From: Octopus sinensis
Lineage: Eukaryota
Assembly: GCF_006345805.1 (NCBI RefSeq)
Contig: NC_043002.1
Coordinates: 18,104,001 to 18,168,000, forward strand
Direction of reading: 5' to 3'
Length of the DNA: 64,000 nucleotides
Part shown: one piece after another, positions 49,328 to 62,364 of the stretch
Layout of the letters: every line of letters begins with the position of its first letter
Numbering within the stretch: position 1 is the first letter of the stretch
The notes under the pieces: model-generated
The model's input: only the letters and a program-made list of their open reading frames with translations
The model's database searches: none
What the model was told of the DNA's origin: nothing
Program-made: the position numbers and the translations under genes

Positions 49328-50439
49328 ATATAAGTATGCATAATATATATTATAATATCTATATATATATATATATATATATAATATATTTATATATATA
49401 TGAGAATGTATATGTATTTGTGTGTTTATATGTATATGTATATTTATGCATGTATGGATATGTGTGTGTCTGAGTGTGTACATCTTTATGTACGTATGTT
49501 TGTGTGTGTTGTTTGATTGGGTCAAGTGAAAATATACTCGCACATGGTGTAAAGTGCAGTAATATTTATTCGTCAAACGCCTTCCGCCGTTATTCTACAG
49601 CATACAAATACTCTAATCCATCATATATCCACGCTGAACAACAATCCTTGTTACTATTACAGCCAGTATGATTGATAGTGTATTAGCGAAAGTGAAAGTA
49701 ATGGCAGAAGGCATTAACCGAATAAGTAAATATTTATATGTCCCTGTGCGAGTAAGAAATTTATCTTACATATATATGGATGTATGTACGTATGCGTAAT
49801 ATCTCATTCATTAAATATAGCACGTTCAATACGACATCATATATATATATATACTACATATATAGATATATATATATATATATATAATATATATATTATA
49901 TATATATATATAATATATATATACATATATATATATTTATATTGCAATGCATTTGTATTAACATCCATTGCACTACAGCAGCCAGCCTGATTATGTAGAT
50001 CAATTTTCTACTAATAGGATCTGTCGCCTAATGCTATTTTCGCTATGAATGTATAAAACAATATAATATATAGGGTTGATGCTTCTATCGAAACGTACTG
50101 AATGCAAATAGTTGTACTAGGTTTTCACTGACGGTGATTAGTCACTGTATAATATAAAATAACATAGTAAATTGTGTACGTTTGTATGTATGTATATCTA
50201 TATATAATATATATATATATATATATTATATATAATATAATTTAAGGTATCTAAGAGATACTACCACGTGAAAATAATAGTCCCAACTTGACTCTAAAAC
50301 CACATTAGATGTGGTTTTAGAGTCAAGTTTTGACTGCTATTTTCAGCGTGGAAGTATCTCTTAGATACCTTAAATTATAATTTTAAAGAATTATTACCTT
50401 TGAAAGGTTTTTATTCCCATGCTGGCCACCTGATAAGAT

Positions 50440-50965
50440 CATATTTCAAATTTGATATCTGTGCATTTTCTAACTTTCATTGAAATCCTACACATTTGTC
50501 CAGTTTGTTTTTTGTTTGTTTTTGGTTTTTCTTTTGTTTGATTTTCTGATCGCATGCAAATGATTGCAGTAAGTCTTCTGGCTAACTTGTAGATCTTTTG
50601 CCGGCTCTCGAGTGGTTTTACGTGGGTCTTTCTCAATGACGGTCTTTAATTAACCGTCATCGATGACAGATGGGCGTCCACTACTCCCACAATCTTCAAG
50701 GCTCAGCTCTCCCCTGCGAAATCGTTTAAACCATTTCAGAGCTGACCACTCACTGGTCATTTCCTCACCAAACGTGTCTTTGATATCACGAACGGTTTCA
50801 GCTGCTTTCAGTCGGTTTTCGAAGTTGAATAGCTAAATTGCTTGAATATCGAGCTTTGACAGTTCTATTTCAGATGATTGTAACAACGGTGAAACAATAT
50901 CAATTTTAATTTATTGGTGCATTTAAGCAAGTCTATGTCTGTTATTATCAGACAATTTCATATAT
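50440..50965 (-). mobile_element. Mariner 5' fragment, same family as 57429-59134
   Basis: Long stretches alignable by eye with 58190-58606 (ttttctgatcgcatgcaaat...ttctggctaacttgtagatc...ttaaccgtcatcgat). Confidence 0.85.
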
Positions 50966-51122
50966 ATTTAGAGGCGATATTTGCCCCTAACTGCAAACCA
51001 CTGATACGAAGAACTGAATGATTTTTTATGAAAAGTGCCTAAAATATAAAGTGTTCCTTATACATAAAGATGCGTATAGCCATATAATCCGTCAGTCTGA
51101 TGCTTTTCCTGTGTCAAATTTT

Positions 51123-51389
51123 TCACTTGCTAACAATCTGCAGTTCTATGCTTACATACGTTCGGTTAGACTCTCCTTCGACTCCAGTCTTTGATGCCAT
51201 CAGTTTGCAAACGTATTTCAAGCCCCTGAGTTCTGTTCCTTTTACTGTTTTATTTGAGGATTGTCTAGGTTTCTGACTTGTTGCACAATGTCCAAAATAT
51301 AATAGTTTTGCGGACTTCATTGTCGACAACAGGTTTATCAACGAATACATATTTTCAGTAACATACTTATTATAGCTAGTATAAATCAA
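51123..51389 (-). mobile_element. RTE-like LINE C-terminal relic
   Basis: LLSTMKSAKLLYFGH...KGTELRG, matching the RTE 'KRKLxYFGH...GKRxRG' region. Confidence 0.45.
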
Positions 51390-51999
51390 TTTCCTGTTGT
51401 ACCGCTTGCACCATATAGGACAAGGGTATTTTTTTTATTATTGTGAAGGACAGAAGAGGTAATATTTCATACACGATCATGTTGCAATTACATGTTGAGA
51501 TTCTGTTCTATTGTGTTTTATTTAATTTCTTGTCAAGCCGCAGAAGAATTAATCATTTGTTAATTGTTTTCCATTTCTCACCATAATGTATATTCACAGA
51601 CAATATGTACTAAGTGAATACCCTGATATAGACTATGAACAAATCAATATGAAGTCGGTTAACAGATTTCCTGTTAGAGTATTTAATGAATTTTGTATGC
51701 ATAATCTTATTACAATTCATAAGCTACTTTCACTCACACGCACATATGTATGTATAAATATATGTGTGTTTGTATATGTGTATGTGTGTGTGTGTGTATA
51801 TATGTATATATATGTTTTATATATATATATATTTATATATAATATATATATGTATATATATATATATAATATATATATATATATGTATATATATAGGGAA
51901 CGTAAGATATTTGAGGACAGATATATATCCATAAAAAATATTTAATAACCTTATTTATCAAAAAATGCCATGAGGATAAAAATAAACCTTTTCTATAAT

Positions 52000-53135
52000 T
52001 TTATTCAATAAAGCCATCTTCAGCTTCAACAACTGTTTCTATATAAGATCTAAATCGCCTGCATGCTCGAATCAGGTGGTCCTGGTTCATTTTGGACATT
52101 ACTCTGACTATGGCAGATTTCAAAGACACTTTGGTGTGATGGGCGTGTTCATTGACCTCTCACGCAACAATGCTCCTCGTGTAATAGTCGAATTGATTGA
52201 GATCTGGGGTATTAGGAACCCAAATGTTAGAGATTATGCGATCGTGAAACTTTTCAGCGATCCATTCCTGTGTTACTAGAGCCATATGTGATAGGTCAGA
52301 GTCTTACTGAAACACGTATGACCTTCCATTGCATACAATGTCTATCCAGAGCTTATCAATTATTTCCAGGACCTCAATGTAGGCAGCACAGTTAACTCTA
52401 AGGCCTTATGGAAAGACGTAAGGAGGCATCACATGCCCTTCATTACTGACAACCCCTAAAACCATATCAGTAGCAGGAAATTTTGCATGCATAGCACTTG
52501 GAACTCCAGAAGTGTCTGCGCATAACAATCTGTCATTTCGTCTGTTAACTTTTTGAACTTAGTCGAAGTTTTTCTCGTTTGAAAAAAACCAAATCAAATC
52601 TTCTTCTGCTGGACTTTTCAATTTGTTTAAGAGCCTTTTAGATCTGATGTAGTAATTTTCTTTTGCTTTTTCCGACAAATTGACCTTTCCTTATCATATA
52701 AGACATATCTGATGTCTTCTTGGTCAACATTTCTGACTGTTCCTTCTGGCACATGGAGATCTTTTGCAGTTGACCTCATGGGCTTTCTGGGCTTGTAATC
52801 AATGGTGTGCTGAACGTGAGGTACATTCAGGTGTTCCGATGATTTCATAGTCTTTAGAGTGCTTTTTATGCTTTGAAACTGGTGATACGTTTCCATCTTC
52901 AGTCTCTAGCTCTTTCCAAACTTTGTAGACGAAAGATCTGGCAACTTTTAAAAATCGAGATATTTCTAAATCGCTATACTCATCCTTTATAACCACTATA
53001 ACAGCATGCCTCTTCATTTCTTGAGTAAGCTGAGGATTTGCTATTATTACTTTCTGACATAAAGATCATACAGAGTTAGGGAAAAAAGGCAAAAAGGACC
53101 CCAAAAAGATACGTATTCAAATACCTTACGCACCC
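52000..53135 (-). mobile_element. DD37D (maT/Bmmar1-like) Tc1/mariner transposase pseudogene
   Basis: MKRHAVIV...ISRFLKVARSFVYKV, WFFSNEKNF, FQ*DSDLSH...WVPNTPDLNQFDYY. Exactly 37 residues lie between the second and third catalytic Asp. Confidence 0.85.
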
Positions 53136-53144
53136 TCCCCTTTC

Positions 53145-53202
<58 letters not shown>

Positions 53203-53206
<4 letters not shown>

Positions 53207-53400
53207 AAGTTAATACAAACAAGAAAGCACAAAAAAACACAACGCTAGGACGTGGAACAAATATAGTATTATTGGACGCTCAGGAAAGAAGGAAAGAATG
53301 AGGGTTTAACGTTTCCAGCGGAGCTCTTCGTCGGAAACATAGGAGAAGGAAAGATCCAGAGAAGGGAAGACAGAGGAAAAAAATCACCAACGGTACACGC
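53203..53400 (-). mobile_element. Penelope-type terminal relic with a variant hammerhead (CCGACGA core) at 53304-53338
   Basis: Minus strand gttt CCGACGA a gagc-tcc-gctg GAAA cg T T aaac. Adjacent to (TA)n. Confidence 0.55.
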
Positions 53401-54196
53401 ATTAAGATCTCTAGCCCGATGAGGGAGACTTGGTCTCGTCCCCTGTTAACTGCATCCATAGGGCCACATATTGTGATACACTAAATCTACTAATATTATT
53501 ATGGATCGCCGAGTCTGCAGAAACACCTCTCTTCCACCCTACCATTCTCTCTATCGTTTATGTGTAAGTTGGACCTATTAATATAAATATCTATATATTC
53601 ATCTCGAAATTCCCACCTTGCTTACACTCCTATACATATATACATATTTTGTATTTGATGTATTGAATATTTTCATTTATTTGATGTGACTAATTTGATT
53701 ATCCGCTTAATTGCTTCTGTACCAGCTCAACATGATCCCTCTTACAGACTTGCTTTAGCTTGTGGAATGATCCCCTGTAAAGACATAGGAATCTAAGTTT
53801 GAAACTGTTGAGCGCTACTAAGTGTCTTCTATACAGAGAATATCTGGATCTCATCTGTGATCTATATATTTGCATGTGTGTGTGTCTTTGTGTCTCTGTG
53901 TGTGAGTGAGTGTGTACGCGCGCATATGAATTTTTTACAGGTTAAATTTGATTGATTTCGAAGATTTGTTTGCTTGCTTTCGTTAGAATGTGTTTTATTT
54001 CGGTTCAGTTTAGCTTCACATATTCTTTGATAGCTAAATCTAAGTGAATGATAAGTAGGCGGCGTACAGATAGGTTTGATGTAGCAATTTATATATTGCT
54101 TAGTGTCTCAATCAAATGTTGAATCATACAGCGGTTATTTTTTAATATAACTCGACATAAAACGAACGTAAATATTTTATATATATATATATACGT

Positions 54197-54257
<61 letters not shown>

Positions 54258-55297
54258 GTGTGTGTTTGTGAGTGTATGTGTGTGTTTGTGTGTGGAGTAA
54301 GAGCGAGTGTGTATAAATCTAAATACAAATACGTAAGAATTTAAGTTAAGAAAAGACATGAGTTCTGCCAACATTATTCGAACCATTTATCAACCGCTTG
54401 CTTGGTGCTTGTGTTTCAGATTAACCGAGAGAGCACTTTCCATCTGATGTGTCAAAATAATATTAAGATTCAGTAATGCGTATTTCTGTAAATTATTTTT
54501 ATATGTAATTTATTCTCAATATGTCTTTACAAAGAAAGATTGACAGAACCTAAACAAGATATCTGTATATTTAATTTTATTCTTTATTTATATGTATTCA
54601 ATTACTGTCACATTATCTGCAGTACTAAAACAAATATGGTAGGGAATATTCCAACAACTTCGATTTCCTTTCTCTACGGCTGAATGAATCTGCAGTCGAA
54701 GCGCTTCTCTCAACACAAATAGATTGAAAATATTTCTTTTACTATTTATATTCGCGAGTTGTTTTATTTTGATATTTGCTTTCCATTACATTTAGCAAAC
54801 TATACTTACTGTTAGTTGACCCAGCGACGATTATCACGACCTGTATCATTTGTCACGTTTGTTATAGAGACATGGTGAGACGAGTAGGGGTAGCCAATAT
54901 AGTAAATGATCTCTTTACTACTCTCCAAAGACCATGGGACTGAAAATTATAGAATCATTCAATATCTCCGAGTGAAGCATAAAATGAAAGCAATTATTGC
55001 CAGAAAGACTGACATCATAGTATAACTAACTTTATTATGCGTTTGATATTTATTTTCTTATTTTATGAAAACACTAATGAAAACAAATACAAAGAGAATA
55101 GATATTTAATCATAAATCAATAGCCAGATTAGTGTTTCTCAGTAGAAACCCCATTAGAATTTATGAATCACATTAGTAAAATACTGCTGTAGTTATTCAT
55201 ATCTTCTTGCTAATGCCGATATTCGGTTTCCAAATGTTTCATCGCTTCCATTTATCACATAGGATTTCATATATATTTACGACTAAATATGTTTTAC

Positions 55298-55371
55298 CAT
55301 CAATTGCAAATACATCACTGAGATTGATTGCTGGTTTTATGCGCCATTTTGTTGCAAATGGCATTTGCTGT
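55298..55371 (-). CDS. Weak candidate exon
   Basis: ctttag|A CAG...QQMPFATKWRIKPAINLSDVFAID G|gtaaaa. Only one frame is open and no homologue was recognised. Confidence 0.2.
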
Positions 55372-55735
55372 CTAAAGCTATTTTCGCAACGAATATGAAT
55401 ATTTTTTTTTTCAAAAATGTGTTTGTTGGAGAACTTGAAAATATAGGTCGGTTTGATTGATTCAGCTGTCATAATAATCGAAATGTAACAGTAACAGAGT
55501 ATTTAAACAGTAAAATAAAAATATATATATATAAGCTAATGAAAGAAAAAATTTAAAAAAAAGAATAAATAATGTGTTCTGTCAAGTTTCTCTATACATA
55601 TGTAGACACTCGTAGAGATATTTTGGAAATCTTTCTCACATATATATATACATACTTACATATATATGTGTGTGTGTGTGTGTGTGTGTTTGTGTGTTTG
55701 TGTTTTGTGTATGTGTGTGTATACTTATAAATATA

Positions 55736-55768
<33 letters not shown>

Positions 55769-57104
55769 GTGTGTGTGATATGAATAAGCAAATATATATG
55801 TGAAAATATGTAACTATATATATACATACATGTATATATATATATATAATCATATATATACATGTATATATACATATATATACGTATACATATATATGTA
55901 TGCATGTGTATATATATTATATATATATATATATATATACATGCATGCATACATATAAGCGTATGTTAATGTATATACGTATATATTTATATATATATAC
56001 ATACATATGTATATATACGTGTATATATATATATAGAGAGAGAGAGAATGAGCATATTATATTATATATGATATATTATATAATATATGCATACATTGTA
56101 TAATGTATGTGCGTACGCACACACATACTTATATGCATATATGTATATTTGTAGAAATGATTAAGATTCATTTAAACTAGTTACCTAAGTTGAAGCACCA
56201 AGTCAGTCCGGTGTTATTCTCGAAGAGCTCGAAGTAAGGTGAATAAAATTTAAAAAAAGCAACAGGATATCAAGTAGTAATGCAGTACGACGTTTCAAGC
56301 GACTCCATTTAATTGAACAATGCAAACATTGCATCAATTTAAATGCAGTGCTATCTTCAGCTACATAAAATAGAGAATTTTTTAACAAGTAGGATACATT
56401 AGTGTAATGTTTCTTAAATATTTTAACAGAGTAAGAACATGGAAGAAATTCATGTTGTCGCTATTGTAGCAGAGTGGCTAAGGATAAACTACAATTTCTT
56501 AGAATCGCATGGAGCATAGTGTGTTCCTAGGGTTGTAAGGGATGTGATTCATTTCTAATTTATCTATCTCTTTATCATCTATTAAATCTGAGACTAGAAG
56601 ACTGTGCCTATTTTGAATAAAGGGTAAGAGTGAGTTGAGAGCTCATGGCAAGATGTGGTCATAAATATTATGACCGGTTTCCCTTTTCCCCAAGAAAAGG
56701 TAATAGGACATTAGGAAGAGTCAATTTGATGGAAGTAACTGTCTATAAAAAAGAGGCAGACTAGGGGTAGGCTTTAAATCATGATGTTGATTACCAGTTA
56801 ATGGGGCAAGACACTAAGAAACTTAAGATGTTAATACAGGAAAAATTTATTAGGGACGCGATGGGGGAACGTTTATAAGCAATATTGATATGTTGTACGA
56901 AATAAAATTTCAGAAGTCCTATATGATATTATAACCAAAATAGCTTAAGAGGCGTATATGTATCAATTATAAACATTAAATGGGGAGATTACGTAGAATC
57001 AATGTAATAGACATACTTGTACATAATTATGTGTAAATATTTACCTGTGTGTATATGTATGTATATATGTATGTTTGTATGTACGCATGCATGTATGTGT
57101 ATGT

Positions 57105-57166
<62 letters not shown>

Positions 57167-57428
57167 ATACATATACATGTATATGTATTGTTGTTACTTG
57201 ATTACTTTACAAAAGCTCAAAAGTGACCCGTGGTTGAAAATTTCTTGTTAGCAAAATAGGTTCACTTCATTAGATCTATTTGGTTTAATCGCAGTTGTTG
57301 TCAGCTTTCTTCAGCAGTGTTTGCAATAAAGATAACTGTAAATTTCACTGCACAAACACTTTAGGTCCTGAGGAATATTATTGCTTCAGTAGCAAATTAT
57401 AGAAAATATATATGTGTATATAGATACA

Positions 57429-58791
57429 TCAGGCTGAGTAAAAAGTAGGCAACGCTTTCAAACATGAAATTCATCACAATATATTTCAACAATGCGGAAA
57501 TGATATCCTTCAAAGTAAATACCGTTACAATCAACACATTTTTGCCAACGGGTTACAAACTTGTTTATTCCGCTAACATAAAAATGTGAAATACTGGAGC
57601 TGATGAACTCTTTGAACGCACTGTCAGCATCGGTTTGATTTTCGAAATCTTTCTCTCCCAGCAAGCCATCAAAGTTGTTGGAAAAGCGGTAGTCGCTAGG
57701 AGAAAGGTCTGGGGAATAAGCTGGTTGAGGAAGAAATTCGTAGCCAAGTTTTCTCAATTTCTGGAGCGTCATTCGTGAAATGCGTGGTCGAGCATTGCTA
57801 TGAAGAATGATTGAGCGTCTTCTGTGAACCAGTCTGAGACGGAAAAGTAGCAGTCTTTCGTTCATTTAGGTAATTTTATGGCAACATGTACCTGCAGTAA
57901 TGGTTTTTCCGGGTTTAAGAAATTATAGGGGATGAGTCCAGCAGTACACCACCAAACAATCACCATCACTTTCTTTTTGAAAAACTCGGGTCTAGGGAAG
58001 GCTTCCGGTGCTTCATTTTGATACACCAATGCGAAGAATGTTTTGGTTATTGTACAGAAACCACTTTTCATCGCAAGTTTCAATGCGGTCGAAAAATGAA
58101 TCAATCTGGTCACGGAGAAGCGACGAGCAAATTTCATATCTCCGCATTTCTGACCTCCATTCAGATCGTACCCATTTAAATTTATTTTGTTTTTTTGATT
58201 TTCTGATCGCATGCAAATATTTGGAGTCAGTTTTCTGGCTAACTTGTAGATCTTTTTCCAGTTCTCGAGTAGTTTTACGTGGGTCTTTCTCAATGATGGA
58301 CTTTAATTAACCGTCATCGATTACAGATGGATGTCCACTACCCTCACGATCTTCGAGGCACAGGATTTCACTTCAAAATCATTTAAACCACTTTTGAGCT
58401 GACCAATCACTAATCATTTCTTCATCAAATTCTTCGTTGATATCGCGAGCAGTTTCAGTTTCTTTAAGTCGTTGTTTAAAGTTGAATAGCAAAATTGCTC
58501 GAATATCGCGCTTTGACAGTTTCATTTCAGATGATTGTAACAACGGCGAAAGAATATCAACTTTAATTTATAGATGCATTTGGGCAAGTCTATGTCTGTA
58601 TTATCAGAGAAGTGGTTGCGTGGTAAGTCGCTTGCTTCCCAACCACATGGTTCCGGGTTCCGTCCCACTGCCTGGTACCTTGGGCAAGAGTCTTATATCA
58701 TTGCTTCGGGCCGATCAAAGCCTAGTGATTGGATTTGGTAGACGGAAACTGAAAGAAGCCTGTCGTATATGCGTATATGTAATATATATAC

Positions 58792-58840
<49 letters not shown>

Positions 58841-59134
58841 AAAGTAAAAGAATATATATATATACGTGGTGTGTGTCTGTGTTTGTTCCCCACCTTCGCT
58901 TGACAACTGATGCTGGTGTGTTTACGTCCCCGTAATTTAATGGCTCGGCAAAAGAGACCGATAAAATACATACTAGGCTTAAAAAGAAAGAATCATGGAG
59001 TCCATTTGTTCGACTAAAGATAGCGCTCTAGCATGGCCGCAGTCAAATGACCGAAACAAATACAAGAGTAGAGAGTAATTCTGCAAAGATCCGGTAGAAA
59101 CACTTGATGGCTGCTTACTTTTTACTCAACCTGA
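57429..59134 (-). mobile_element. Full-length decayed mariner with both TIRs, interrupted by a SINE
   Basis: TIRs tcaggctgagtaaaaagtaggc (57429) and gcttactttttactcaacctga (to 59134) with a TA on the right flank. Motifs IETCDEKW, HSNARP, PAYSPDLSPSDY, RWQKCVDCNG. Confidence 0.9.
58610..59078 (+). mobile_element. SINE family A inserted in the mariner 5' region
   Basis: Complete head-to-tail copy lying between the mariner body and its terminal TIR. Confidence 0.85.
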
Positions 59135-59464
59135 TACATGCATAGAGACATATATTTGTATTTGTGTGTGAGTGAGTGAGTGTGTTTGTGTGTGCGTTAG
59201 AGAGAGTGTGTGTATGTGTTTGTGTGTGTATGTGCGTGTGTGTACGTGTGTGTATTTTTGTGCGCATGTGTGTATGTGTATAGTTCAGTTTGATAGATTC
59301 TGCTGTCATAACAACCAAAAATGTAAAAGTAATCACGCGTTTAAGTATTAAATAACAAAAATATAAAAACGCAAATATATTTATACACACACACTTACGT
59401 GTGTGTGTGTATGCATATGTATGTGTTTATTTATATGTATATGTATATATGTGTATATATATAT

Positions 59465-59514
<50 letters not shown>

Positions 59515-60732
59515 GTAAGTATGTATTTACATATATCTATAATATGTTTATATATAAATGTTTAGTAAGTAAAACAAAAACGAGTTAAAATAAAAAAAAG
59601 AAATTTCTCTTTTGTTTTTAAAGCCAGCAGAGAAAATTATTGGAAAATGGAATTTAATAATAAAAAATAATCTGAGGTGACTTGAAATATATGGATGATA
59701 TGGAAGATACAGCTTATTGTTAAACAACAAAAACATTACAATATACGTAGAGAGTTTTGCAGATTAGAACAAAAAAAAAGTGCCAAATGCATGCATTAGT
59801 GTGTGTCATTGATTCTGTCATCGTGAATGACAAATGAAGGTTTAGTAAAACAAAGCGGTTCTATGGATTCGCATGTGTTTCTTGCGGCCTGGTGGTGTCT
59901 TACAAACGTTTGGGAAACAGAATAAGGGCTCATTTTTCTCGAGTGCTTGTGGATCATTTGCTATCCGTTTTCTTGAGTAAGCGGCAAAGCCTGCTTTGCT
60001 CCGTATCACAGAACAATGACAAGTTAGGATTTTTTTTTTATCTTGAGCAGCGTTTTGTCAGTGTGCCTTTCATGCTAGCACGAAGTTGGCCCCGTTATTG
60101 GAGTCGACTTTGCTCAAATCTTTGAACTGAAGGGAAGCAGGATTGGCGTCAGCTCCTGCGTTTTTATGCTTTGTTTTCCCAAAAAGAAAAGAGAATGGTG
60201 CATCGCTTCATATTGTCTTTTAGCTTGGCAGAACAAATAGGAAATATCCAACTCAAAAGATGGCTTAGTACACTGATGTGTATATATACATCTATGCACG
60301 CTAAAAACCAATAAAGATTACTATAGATGTATTTATTGGTAATTCTCATATGGGTGTAATATATTTTTCAGTATGGCATTATGAAAGATTAAACAAATGG
60401 ATAGTGAAACATTTTAATAGAAAGATCCGTGTGTCAAATTCGTTGATACAGATACAATAGAAGCAGCAGCCAATAAGAATACACATGCCATGCACAAGCT
60501 GTACATGATTAAAGTGTAGTCTAATTACAGAAACGAAGATAAGTCACGGAAAGTAATATCGGTTTGAAAGCCTTTGATAATAAGTATATCCATTCAGCGA
60601 TAACCAGGAGCTAAGCAACACCAATAACACTTTCTTCAGTCTATTTGTGGATGTCTTTCAATTGAATGCCCTCTAGCCCCGATTTTCAGATCGTGTAACT
60701 ATGAATAGTCGTTATTCTCAAACAGTCTGGCA

Positions 60733-61250
60733 TGTTATTTTTTCTACTCTAGGCACAAGTCCCGAAATTTGGGGTGAGGGGGCCAGTCGATTACATCGAC
60801 CCCAGTTCGCAACTGGTACTTAATTTATCGACCCCGAAAGGATGAAAGGCAAAGTCCACCTCGGCGGAATTTGAACTCAGAACTTAAAGACACGAAATAC
60901 CTATTTCTTTACTACCCACAAGGGGCCAAACATAGAGAGGACAAGCAAGGACAGACAAACGTATTAAGTGGATTACATCGACCCCAGTACGCAACTGGTA
61001 CTTAATTTATCGACCCCGAAAGGATGAAAGGCAAAGTTGACCTCGGCGGAAGTTGAACTCAGAATGCAACGACAGAGGAAATACTTGTTTCTTTATTACC
61101 CACAAGGGGCCAAACATAGAGAGGACAAGTAAGGACAGACAAACGTATTAAGTGGATTACATCGACCCCAGTGCGTAAAGGTACTTAATTTATCGACCCC
61201 GAAAGGATGAAAGGCAAAATCGACCCCGGCGGAATTTGAACTCAGAATGT
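60733..61250 (-). mobile_element. Head-to-tail trimer of SINE family B
   Basis: Three copies of gattacatcgacccc...gaaaggatgaaaggcaaa...gaactcagaa with a period of about 184 bp. Confidence 0.88.
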
Positions 61251-61687
61251 AAATCGCTGAGACATAATATATCTAGAACAATATTGGCCGTTACCCCCAT
61301 CTAGTTTTAAATAACAGAAAGAAACAGTTCAAAGAACACACTTGACTACAAATTCCAAAACGTCGAGATAACAGTACTCGGACAATACGCTGAAAGTCAA
61401 ATATTAATATTTTAACTGTCAGTATTTTGGCTTCCGGCATACGCGTAGTAACCACTTCCGGTTGTCAGAGTAAACGTGAGCAATACGGAATTGGTCAAGT
61501 AGACATTCCTATGCATTTATCATTGATGGTATCCATTCAAACACATTTGTTTACTTTCTCTCTCTCTTTCTTTCTCGACCCTCTCTCTCTCTCTTTTATT
61601 CTCGATCCTCTCTTTCTCTTTCTCCCTTGTTTTTTCTTATTTCTTTCTTTGTCTCTCTCTCTCCTTTTCTCTCTGTCTCCACCCCTA

Positions 61688-61727
<40 letters not shown>

Positions 61728-61749
61728 GATCTTCATGTGCTATACTTAC

Positions 61750-61844
61750 AGATCCTGTTGACCATCGATCCTATGAGATCGACTTCCTGACCCCTTGAAA
61801 TTAGCACTTTAATGCACCAGCTCTCTGAAGACGGTAGGTAAGAC
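61750..61844 (-). CDS. Weak candidate exon
   Basis: aattgcag|G TCT...SYLPSSESWCIKVLISRGQEVDLIGSMVNRI T|gtaagt. Only one frame is open and no homologue was recognised. Confidence 0.2.
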
Positions 61845-62364
61845 CTGCAATTGTGTTTGTCTCTTAATCTTGCCTGGTTTCTTCTTCCTTTTAATCTCCG
61901 GTTGTCACCGAATACTCATGGCCTTTTCTTCTCAAATGATATCCAATGAACGGAACCTGTTGTCGCCTTATGCCGTTGCGAAACTTTCTCTAGGTTTTTG
62001 CTTGTCTTACTACCTCGATGTTTATCATGTTATCTTCATAGGACACCTTTAGTATTCATCAGAATAAACTATTAAAGACACTATCGATTATCGATGCTAT
62101 TAATGCTTCTGAGGTTTTAAAATGTTTGTCTGAATTGACTGAGAGAGAGAGAGAGAAAGAAAGAAAGAAAGAGCGAGAGAGAATATATTAATTGATTGTT
62201 TTGTTGTTTGATCAGTCTTTATCAGCCAGACTCAATGTGTTCAAAGACATTTTCGCCGTGACCATGTGTCTTGTTCGAAATGTCTAGCAATACATTATCT
62301 AATGTAATTTCTCCATTTTATTTATGTATGTGATTTGAAATAGAGTTGGTTCGCATTTCTGGTA

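Noticed and set aside
59850-60070. Minus-strand open frame ending in C..C..HMRIH (C2H2-like)
   Set aside because: C-to-H spacing is 8 rather than 12, it is a single unit, and there is no TGEKP linker.
62040-62082. Minus-strand CTGATGA-ata...tat-GAAG
   Set aside because: GAAG instead of GAAA and no stem III.
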